Origin: an uncultured Clostridia bacterium | Lineage (GTDB): Bacteria > Bacillota > Clostridia > Christensenellales > UBA1242 | Assembly (NCBI GenBank): GCA_944384535.1 | Contig: CALWTS010000041.1 | Coordinates: 10,399 to 74,398, forward strand | Reading direction: 5' to 3' | Length of the DNA: 64,000 nucleotides | Shown here: positions 1 to 12,000 of the stretch, in pieces | Numbering within the stretch: the first letter of the stretch is position 1 | Layout: the number at the start of each line of letters is the position of its first letter | Program-made: the position numbers and the translations under genes | Notes under the pieces: model-generated | What the model was told of the DNA's origin: nothing | Database searches by the model: none | The model's input: the letters and a program-made list of their open reading frames with translations, nothing else

Positions 1-3000
1 CACTAAAAGTAAATATTAAATTAGAAATAAAACTTCTATTTTCATAAGTAAATTTATTTTGATTTACAACAACTTCATCAATTTGAAGTTTTTCAATTTG
101 AATAGTGAATTCGAACGCTTTTGAAACAGATGTATAACCTGTTCTACTTACAGTAATTAAAAGTTTGTAATCATTACCATTAGAGTTTGTGTTTGCTGGA
201 ACAGTGAGTCCATTTTCTTTATCAAATAAAACACTATCCGCTTTCATCCATTGATATTTATATGAAAGTGCATCTTCATTTTTGTTTTCAATTCCTGTTG
301 TCAAAACATCTACAAGGTTAATATCATCGACCAAAGCACTATAATCTGCTTTTGCATTTCTTTTAACAATACTATTAAGAATTCCCGTTGGTTCAACAAT
401 AACCCAAATAGCAGTAATCTTTCCTGCCGTAATTTTTGCATCAGCTGAAACCTGAATTAAATTACCTTCAATAGATACTTTACTATCATAAGATTGCCAG
501 TGATCGAAAGCAAATCCAGTCCAACCTTCACCTAGAGATGCTTCTTTACTTTCACCTAATTTAATATAAAGATAGCCATTATTTCCACCTTTATCACCCC
601 AATCTAACAAGATAGCTTTATAGTCTGTGAAAATTGAATAAATATTTGAACCTTCACTAAATTCGTTAGTAAATTGTCTGCTTCCTTCATTGCTTAAAGT
701 ATTTAAAGTGTTTAACAAAGAATTTGTTTCAAAATTATTTGTCCAATCTAAAACAGCCATATTTCCATCAACTTCAAAAGTAAATGAAACAGTTTTTCCA
801 TTTGCAACTTGAACTAATGGATTATTTGTTACATTAGAAGAAATAGAGAATATTAATTCATCACCAACAATTAAATTGAAGAAATCCCTGTCCGAACTAA
901 TCATTGTAGTAGGACCATTGTTATAGATATAACTTACAATCTTGATGTTAACATCATCTTTATCTAAAACATTAACCGTGTCAAAATATTTTGTATCAAC
1001 AACAACTTTATAAGCATCATTTTGAGATATGATTTCATAAGCACCAGTAATAACCCAAACAAAATTATTTGTTTTTATTAGATCATCTTTATAAACAGTA
1101 CCTTGAATGTTAAATTGTTCAGTTTTATCATAAACGTTAGCAATTACTTCGTTAGTTTCAATTAATGAAATATTGACAATAAAGTCTTTAACATAATCCG
1201 GTTGAGAAATTGCATAATCAACAACTTGTTGTTTTTCATTATTTTCAAATGCCTTTCCACTCACCTGAATAGTAATAGGTGTTTGCTTAATAGAAGCTGT
1301 TACTTGAGAAGTTTCATAAGTATAGAAAGAACCTGCTTGAACAAGACCGCTATAATTATTAATATCAAATGCTCCAGTTGCAGTAAAATAATATTTTACA
1401 CTGTAATTGTTACCAACATCAAATTGGTTAGTTTCATCTAAAACAACAACCTTATAGAAAGTTAATTCATTAATAGCAGTCTTATCCAAATCACCATAAT
1501 GTGCTGTACCATAATTATTTAAATCAGTTGGATAGAAAACTCCAGTACCACTATAATAAGTTTCAAGATTTGTATCTGCAAAAATAATATTACTTGATTG
1601 AATATTAACTTTAATAGGTAAAGATTGAATCGTGTATGTAACAGAATTTGTGGAATCTAACAACGTATCATGAAGTTCAATTACAACATAAACTTCCCCA
1701 TCAGTTATTGCATTTCTATACATTAATGAATAATCTGATTGAATTTCATATCTAACATTATTGATTTTGTAGTAAATATCAATTACTTTATCTCCATTTG
1801 CAAAAATGGTTCCTTTAGTAACAGTTTCATTTTTTTCAGTCGTTATAATGCTGTTTGCAATAACTTGTTCATTACCATTAAAGATTAAATCATAAACAGG
1901 AGTAGTCTGTGCTTGAACATAATTTTCCTCAGATATCCAATAAGCTTTCAATACAAGGTTACCATCATATTTAAATATGTTATTTTGAACAAAAGGCTCA
2001 CTATAAGTCCAATTAACACCGCCGTTATTAGATGTAGCAAATACCTGATTTCCATATTTCAAAGTGTTAACCTTGTAACCTGAACGATCAAATGTAACAG
2101 AATCCAAGAAAGAAATCATTTCTTGATCAAATGAAACATCAAAAAGTGTTTGAGATATTGTTTCAGGTGATGATGTTTGTATTTCAATTGTATAGTCTTT
2201 AGCTTTAATAGCAACTTGAGAAGTTATATCTCCACAGATGTTTGAAATTGTAACAATATTTCCAGAAACAGCAATTTTTGCTTTTTCATTTTCTAAAGAA
2301 CTTGAATCTGTAAGAATTTTTGTATTATTTACATCAATTTCATAGCCTGTCTCTAAAGTAAATGTAAACGATTTACTTGTTCGGTATAATGTTTTGATAG
2401 CAGCATTTTCAATATATTCTGCACCATCTACTCTAACCTGAATAATTTTACTATTTTCATCAATATAGGAAACTTGAACATTATATCTGTTACTAGACCA
2501 ATCTGCAATTAAAGTCATAGTTAAGTCTATACTTGGATTTTCTGTAATGAAAGGACTTCCTAAAATATAAGTTTCTAACCCATTACTCCATGAATAACTT
2601 TGTCCTGCAGCATAAACTTCAGGAATATCATCGATAACAGAACCATAAACCCAATCTCTTGTAACAGTATCTTTTCCAGTATCATCACCTATAAATACCG
2701 CTTCAACATCATGACCTTCACTATCTTTATTAGGAGTACCTTTATCAAATGTTATTTTATAAATGAGTCCTTCAAAATGAGCTTTCAACTCGATAACTAT
2801 ATCCTCTTGAGGAATAGAACCATATAATAATATTATAATTTGTTCTATATTTTCTTCAGAAGTAACTTGTTTATCTGAATAAACCCAATAGTCTTGTTCG
2901 TAAGTTCCCTCTTGAGGTGTGTAGTAAGAGATTAAGTCACCTAATAAATCTTTCTCAAAATTTTTATTATAAACTCCAGAAATATCTCCACTCTTTTCAT

Positions 3001-6000
3001 TTATAGAAGCACCAATAGGTTGATCGTAAGAAGTTTCAAATGTAACATTAATTACTTCAGTAAGAATAGTAACTGTAAGAGAAGAATGAATAGTATTAAG
3101 AGTAAAGCTTCCGTTTGTAGTGTTTGTTGCTTGATTTGATGCGTTAATATCACCACTTATAGAAACAACACTACCATTAATGATTGTATTACTCCACTTG
3201 TACCAATCCTGACCATCTAATTTAACATAGATAGTATCATTATAATAAATATCATAAACATTATTTAAAGAAACAATCTTTTGTCCTAAAGCACTGTCTT
3301 TATAAAGAGAAACATTAATATTTGATGAAGAAATTAAGGTTAATGTTAATTTAGCAACTTTCCATTGTGCTACAAAAGTATATCCTTTCTCTTCATCATC
3401 ATCTATAAAATCAAATCCTTTCTCTTTAATTCTTTCCCAAATAGTAGTTGTTCCCTGTGCTCCAGTACTATTACCAAAACCTTCAACTTGCCATTTATCA
3501 AAATCGTAAGTATTAGGAGTTGTAACATATAGTTCAGGTAAATCGGTTGAAGAAAGTTCAGAGTATGAAACAATTCTCTCTTTAATACCCCCTGTCCAAC
3601 CTTTGCTATTTGTATCAACATTAAATTTTTCAGGTTCATTGTAAGAAATTATAATTTTAACAGTAATCTCTTCAGAAATAACAGTTGCTTTTATATTTCC
3701 TATTATATTTATTAAACTAAATGCTCCTGTATTTGTAGTATTTCCATTCACAATAAGTTGTTTTACATTATTTTCATTTTCTAAACCAATTTCTTCAAAG
3801 GTATATCCTTCTTTAGTTGTTACTGAAATATTTTCAATACTATCCCAATAATTTATTGTTATTTGTTTAGATAAATCCAAATCATTATGTGAAATTGAAA
3901 TTGTGTCATTATGAATAACATCAACAGTATATTTTTCAATATCCCATATTGCGTTGATTGTTATTGAACTATTTAAATGAGCTGCGTCAACAGCGTGTTG
4001 CAAGAAAGAATCTTTATCAAAACTAATATCACTAAGAGATATATTATCATAAGTCCATCCTGTTTGTTTATAACCAATTCTTGTTGCAAAACTTGATTCA
4101 GCTAAAAGATTATTTATCAATTTAACCAAATCACCATCATAAGTAAGAACTAAATCACCATCGTTACCAAAAGTATCAATTCCATCGTTAACCCAATTTT
4201 TAGTATCAAGTTCTTTATGGAATGTCAAATTAATAGATGTTATATTACCTTTGACAATTTGAGTAACGGTGTAGTTAATATTAGCACCACTTAAAGTTAA
4301 GGTAATTTCTTTATTATTACCTATGGTTTTGTCGTTATAAGTTCCACTTTCAACGTAAATAATATCTCTAGCTAAAATTCCATCTGAAGTGTAATAACCA
4401 TTATTTGCATTAATGTTTTGTTTTACAAAAGTTTCTAAAACATTATTATTACCGTCATATTCTTTTGTTATAACCTTTCCAGAAGCATTACTAATTGTTA
4501 TAGAAATTGGTGTAATTTCAACAATTATTGTTAACTGAGTGTTATAAACATGTCCTAAATCACTTTCAATAGTTTGACCGAAAGTATAATTTTTAGAACT
4601 TAAATTATAAACAAAGCTCCAGCTTTTATTTACGTTAAGATAATTTCCACCTAAAGAATAGAGTTTGTCTGTAATATCATAAGAAACAGCAGTAATGTAA
4701 GTATTATTAATTTGTCCTCCATTATAAAGAAGAGGAATTATAGTATTTAACTGAGTAATGTCTGTAGTGTTTGTTATAATACCATATTGAACAGCACTCA
4801 CAGAGGATGATAATGATATATCTTCTGTTGATGGTTTAACTAAAACCTTTAAGTTTTCTGCGAGTTGCAAAGTATAATTTGAGTAAGCTCCAACCTGATC
4901 AATCACAAAACTTGTAAATTCTTGCTCTCCTGCCAATGCTGAACCTATCTGCCCAGAAATTTGAATTTCATCAGGAGTATCTACTGTTATAATTCCCTCG
5001 ACAGTCAATTCGATTGTATTATTAAAATTATTAATATTGTTATATACGAAAGAATTTGTTTGATCAAAAACTTTAACAGCATTAGTAATAGTCAACATTT
5101 TTTGATTTACTATAATTTTAGCATTATCATGGTTAACGAACTCGACACCACTCCAACCACCTTGTGCAGATGTTGATAAAGCAACATTTAAATTATAAAT
5201 ACCTGCAAATTTATTTACATCTAAACTTGAGAATGTCAAATAAGTTGCATATAAATCTTTTTGATCTTGAGGAATTTGAATAGTGTTGTTTCCACTCATA
5301 TAATACAAATCAAAACCAACAGTTACTTCTTGGGTACCAGCAGTGCCTTTTAATGTGTAATTCAAACCATTATAAGAAACTGTTAAATTATTTAAAGAAT
5401 AACCATTATAGATATAAGATAATTTACCTTTTAAATCTACTTGAAGTTTACTCTCTGGAACTTTAATTTCAAAATAAGATTCAAAGCCATCAGTATTAAC
5501 AGTATAATTTTGTCTATCATCAACATAAGTTAATTGAGAGAATGTAAGGATATGAAGTCCAATAGATTGCCATCCTTGAGTAGTAGTATCTCTTGTAAAT
5601 TCTAGTTTAACCTCATCTTTCAAGTTTTCTTCAATAATTATAGTTGCGCTTATAGGATTTGGATCTTCTGTACCAAAAACTTTAGAAGGTGTAATTTTAT
5701 CATTGTAATCAGCTAAATTAATAATATATTGAGAAATTTGTACATTAAAGTTTTCTCTTCCACTTTCAAGCTCATATACTTTAGTAAGTAAACTGTCAAT
5801 AGTAGCAGAGATAATATAAGTATCAACTTTATTTAAAACGTTATAAGATTTTGTAGATGAAATTGTAATAAAGAATCCTTTGCCTGAGTTTGAATTATCT
5901 GTTGTAGGTAAAGTTGCTAATATAGCTGTTCCGTTTTCTTTACCATTTAACCAAAGTTGTACAATAACATTTCCATTTTGATTTGAATTATTAAATATTA

Positions 6001-9000
6001 AATTAGAGTTTTGAGTAGAAATACCAATCGTGTTAATTTGAATAGTTAAATTTAATGTACATTCGAATACTTGAGTTTGTGGACTATAAACTCCATCATT
6101 ATAAGTAACACTGACAACAAACTTATAATCTCCAGTCATATCAGTAGTAGCCATTCCACTTTCATTTTTAATGAAGAAAGAATTAGAACTAGAATTATAA
6201 GTAAAGTTTAAAGAATCATGATTTAATGTTAAAACTTTTGAAGTAGTTTTATCTGGATATAAAATATTTACAAATTCATCAACAGTTAAATCAAAACCAG
6301 TAGTACTAGCTTTCTTTGTTAATTTGTTTTTAATTTGTGTTGCATCAACTTGATTAAATAACCAAGCTGCTTTTAATGTTTCGGCTTGACCTCCTTTTTG
6401 TGTTGTGAAAGTGTTTTTTCCTTCACTTGATGAAACTACAATATTGCCAGTTTTAGGACTACTGTAATTATTAAATGAAAGACCTGAATATGAATGAGTT
6501 GGATTTGAAACATCATAAACTCCATTCATTACACCAAGATAAATAGTTTCAGCGCTTTTTCCATCTCGAGTTCCACCATTATAATCCAAATTAATCTTAA
6601 CAACATCAGTTAATACAGCATAAATATTTTGATCAGATGAGTTTGATTGAATTGTGCTTGTCAAAGGATTGGAAGCAGTAAACGCACTGTCAAGATATGA
6701 ATCATAATAAGAAGCATTTAAATTATCTCCCCAAGCTAAAAGAGAAAGTTTTTCACTTCTAGTCGTAGAAATATTAACCTTGATATCAAAATATAAATTA
6801 TTAATAGTTTTACGAACATCATTATTAATGTAAATAATCAAATGAGAAGAATTATTATTTACAAAACTAAATAAAACTTGTTCTTGATATTTATAGGTAA
6901 ATTGAGAATCATTTTCTATTAAAATTGAACTGTCATTTACAACCACATTTTCAACTGTCAAAGTTTCCATATAGCCTTCATAACTTTCAGCAAGTGTTTC
7001 AATAAGTTTACCCTCGCTAGCTAATAAATATTTTGAATAATAGTTATATTTTACAGCATTATTTGAATTTAACAATTCAAAAGTAGATGATTTACTAATA
7101 TTCCATTCAAAATTAGAATATAAATCTTGTTCATGTCCAACTATAGAAAGACCTTCAACAATAAAATTTTTACTATCCTCGATATTATTTTCTTTACCAG
7201 AATAGATACCTGGTTGAGCATTTGGATATAAAGTAATTTGATTGTAAGTATAAGTAAATGTCTGACTTCCTACTCCAAATTGAATATTAGATGAATTTTT
7301 ATAGACAATGGTTGTAACACCATCAAAATAATAAGCAGATCCTGGTTTAAACTTTATAGTAAATTTAGCTTTTTCAACACTAATAGAACTATCACTATCA
7401 TTATTGATAAAAGAATAGTAACCATTTTCATCTTTTTCAACATTACTGAAAAGATTTTTATAATTTTGACCATAACCAGACCAAACAATATTTGAATCAT
7501 TAATATAAACTTTTAATGACTTGTTCTGTCCTACATTATAATCATTGTCTACTTGATAGATTGAAAAATCTTTAAAAGCATTTTCAACTTTATCAATTTT
7601 GGTTATATTTCCTTCATATAAATTATCTCCATTCCAATCATATTTAAATAGGAAAGAACCAAAATTATTAGTTTCTTCAACTTTTACAAATTCTTGAGTA
7701 CCATTATAGTAAGAATGAATATCATTATCAAAATAAACAATTTCATTCTTAACCATTGTAAATTCAACAAAAGATGTGCTAATAGCTGTATATGTAGCAC
7801 TGCTTAAAGTGTCTTTTATATTTATAAAGAAAACAACTTTATATTGTCCTTCTTGAGAGAAGTTGGATATATTTAAAGTTAAACCATTATAATTTTTAGT
7901 CTCTGAATTAAATGTCACACTATACCCAAAACTTAAAATTTGCTCACCATTTGTTAAAATATCATCAGCAGAAGGTTGAGTTTTATCTCCAACATTAACT
8001 CCTGACATTAATCCATTTAAAATATCATGATTATTAAAAAGATAAAAACTTCTAACACTATTTACACCCTCTGTCCAACTTAAGTCAGCAGTTGTAGATT
8101 GTTTATTAAATACCCAAATAGGTGTAACATTAATATCAGCAGTCGAAGTAAATGGATTATTTACACTTAAAATAGAACTATCGGTTTTTTTCCACTGCGA
8201 GTAATCTGGATTATAGCCATCTCTTGTAATTATGAGATTTTTCCCATTTACTGCATTTTGAATGTTTATAGGTTTTGTATTATATGTAACATTAATATAA
8301 ACTTTTCCATTTTCTTCGCCACCGTATGCATTATTTTCTCCATTCCAAATTACGCTATAATACTTATTAGTTGAAGAATTTATATAAATTCTATAACTTG
8401 CAGCTTCTCTGTAAGTTTTTAATATGATAGGATCATTATTGTTTGCCGTAAAGTAATATCCACTTGTTAAAATTTGTTTAACAATATCTAAATTTTCAAC
8501 TGAAAATTTAAATATATTAGTGTTTCCTGTTGTAAATGAGGTAATAGGATTGTTATCATCTGAACCATCATATCCTATAGAATAAATATTTGCTTTCTTT
8601 GCAACATAACCTAGAACACTTTTTCCATTTTTTGTAATTTTATTGATTGTATAAGATGCTTTACCATCTTTATCACTTTCAGTAACATTCATTAAGATAG
8701 TTTGACCAATTTCAATATTCATTGAAACATAATCATCTATTCGAATAGTATAAGTAATAATTTCCCATGTAGCAGTAAGAGTAATTGATGCTTTTTTACT
8801 TTTTTCATCTCCTGCAAAACTATTCCAACTTTCAGTTGGACTACCTCTAAATAATGAATACCAGTTTTCTCCTTGTATAGTAAAATTACTATCTGCACTA
8901 TAACCATTACCCTCTGTTGTCCAAGAAGTCAACCATTCAGCGAATGTATAACCTAAATTTGAATAAATTGGAGAAAGTTTAATCGTTTGAGCATAAGTTA

Positions 9001-12000
9001 CAGTTGCAAAAACTTTGTCTTGTGTGTTGTCAACAAAATTTCCATTGTAATAAATTTTTCCGTTTTCTTTATCGCCAGAGTTGAGATGAACATCTACAGT
9101 TCTTTTAACAACATACGCTGCTACATTAGAATAAATTATTTCTTTACTGTTAACATCTCTTGTTCCAACTTGTATAATGTCGTTTATAATAGATGAATCT
9201 GTTAAATAATTTCCATAATTTCCAGTAGTAACAGTTGTGCCACCTTTAAGATACCATCCCAAAAGATAATATTGTGAATCTATATTAATACTACCTAAAT
9301 TTCCTGAAATTTTAACTGCTTTATTGGTTGTATCATAACTAAATGTTGCACTGCCAGTTATGTTTTGAAGTGCACTTAAATCGATTAATCTACCATTTAC
9401 CTCTCCATTAGAGTTCCCTAAATATAATTGATTTACATTGATAGTTAATTTTTTAAAGTTAAAATGAAAGGTTGCAGTTGAATTAAATGTACCCATCTTT
9501 ACTTCAAAAACCCACTTACCTTCTGAAACCTTGCTTTCTTCAGTGATGATTTTCATGCTGCTCTTTTGGTAACCAGCAGAAGCATTAGAATCTTCATCAA
9601 CTATAGTACTAGATAAGGCATTTACTCCGTATAATATACCCTTACCTGCTTGTGTTAAATTAATTTCTATCTTATAAGTATAACCTGATTCAATACTAAT
9701 TATTGAATTATTTTTTTCTCCATTAACTATAAAATCATATAGGACACTATGCGCATCTACAATATTATCAGAGATTTCAAAACTGATATTCAAATTATAA
9801 CTTCTTCGTTGAAATTTTACAATTATATTAATAACACTATTATCAGTACCATCATATATTTTATTTACAAAAATTGAAGAGGCAGTAAAAATATCATTTT
9901 CCCAAGAACCATCTATCGTTACAGAACCTATCATTACTGCAACTGCTTGGTAGTAACCATTATTTTTTGCATAAACTTGATCTGCTGTTGTAGATGAAAT
10001 TGTTGTCTTATATGGAAAAAGAGCAGATGTATTTGCTATATAATTTTTCTTTTCACTATCATCATTTATAGCAATACCTAAATTAGCATATTGAGGATTA
10101 CCTCCATTTATATTGATAGTTTCACCATTCTCATTAATAAGTTTTACATAAACTTTACTTTTTAATGCTCCTATTAAAGGTTTTAAACGAATGCCATTAG
10201 TAGAAAAAGTTTCATTGGAAGTCGTGAGATTATAAAAATAACCAGTATAATATGGATTATTCTTATCTAAAGTAGGAATTAGTAAGTTTGTATCTGGACT
10301 AGCTGTTATATTTACTCCACCACTAGTAGTAAAATTAGTATCCTTGAGTGGATTTAGTACAGCACCATCTCCTGTAACTACCAATTTAAGATTATAAGTT
10401 TCATATAATTTGAATTTTGTTTCACTACCTAATAATGTGTAACTTCCATTTTTTTTAACGTACCACTCATATTTTATTTCATTATCAACAAATATTGGTT
10501 TTAAATCATTTGTAAGTTCAGTTCTTTTAATTACAATATAAACTTCACCTGCTTTACCAACAATATCTTTTACTGTTATCGTATATGTATTACCATTTTT
10601 TTTCCCAGAAATAGAGACTGGTAAATATGAGTCATTGTTTCTATCATTATTGTAATTATAATTAGGATCTATTCCTGTAGAATTTGTAAATTTTACATAT
10701 AATCCACTTGCTTTGTTTGCACAAAACAAATTATACTCATCACCTGCTGAGTTTTCTTTATTTCTTATAATGTCATTAGAACTCTCGCTTGTCGCTAAAT
10801 CTATTCCAAATCCATTTTTTAAAGTAATTGTAAAAGTTGACGTGTTTTGTTTAGCAGGAGTTTTAATACCATACCTTTGCTCAGTTGCATTGACAGTTAG
10901 TCCATTTGGATAGGTTGAAACTGCAGATGAAAGCATATCTTGACTTGTCTTATAATTTGATTTTTCATCTTCTGCCATTGCTAAATAAACATTGTAAGAA
11001 AAATTGCCCTGTGCTATAAATTTAGGATAAACAGTACACCCGTCGGTAGGATATGCCTTGTTATATGTGTTGCCATTAACATCATATTTTTCTCCTGAAA
11101 ACTTAGCATCTGAATACAAACCTTCAAAATCATATCCTACTCTTTTTATTAAATATTGATTGTTATCTAAAAAATTTTTAAATGTTTGATCATATTGCAT
11201 GCTTACTTCAGTTACTCTTCCTCCATATTGAAAATCAAACGTAACTTCAATTTTTGTTAATTCCGCTCCCAATATGTAACATTTATCTTCTGCCCCAACA
11301 ACCTTTTCTGCTGAAGGAATAGAATATTTTATTCCTTGAAGAAGAGGATATACATCATCATTTCCTGCATTTTCCCTCAAAGTTATCATTTTATTATGAT
11401 ATAAATAAGCATTGGCATTATTTATATCTGCTACATTTTTGCCGTTAAAACAGAATCTAACAAATTTTTCTTCATACCATTTTTCTCCTTCCTTATAAAA
11501 AACACCATTGTTACTAATATGTACATATCCTACTGTTAAACTACTATCTTTTCCTTTTATTTTTGTACTATCAGTAACTTTTTCTGTAGTAAAAGTATTA
11601 TTTTTTATATAACCATCTCCTGTATAAACTTGACCTTTTATATTACCAATTGATTTTACACTACTTGTACTTGTTCCATCATATTTTGATTTTGAAGTCG
11701 TGAAATCATAGCAATTAATAACAATTCCACCTTTAGCGAGTGTCCCCATCAAACTTCCAACATTATTTTTGTTTGTACTAGCATAAAAAGTTCCATCAAG
11801 AATTACATCTGTTATTGTTCCAGAGACGTAACCAAATAAACCAACAGAATTACTGCTACTATCTATAACAATATCTGCAGTGTTGACATTCTTTATAGTA
11901 TATCCATTACCAATAAATGTTCCATTAAATGGATTAGAAGATGTATTAGAAGATGTATTAGAAGATGTACCTATTGGTGTCCAAAGAGCTCCAGATAAAT

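Noticed and set aside
10449-10603. Two 8-nt homopolymer runs (10449-10456 and 10596-10603; A8 on the coding strand) early in the giant ORF, as possible slipped-strand phase-variation switches.
   Set aside because: Runs of this length are frequent throughout this AT-rich sequence, in housekeeping genes and in terminators. Without read-level length heterogeneity they are not evidence of phase variation.
1202-10913. Short ORFs listed in the track inside 1-12370: 1202-1441, 2600-2827, 4961-5176, 8987-9196 and 10713-10913 on the plus strand, and 3403-3639 on the minus strand.
   Set aside because: All are out-of-frame or antisense shadows of the continuous 4123-codon minus-strand ORF. They have low-complexity, stop-flanked sequences and no RBS.
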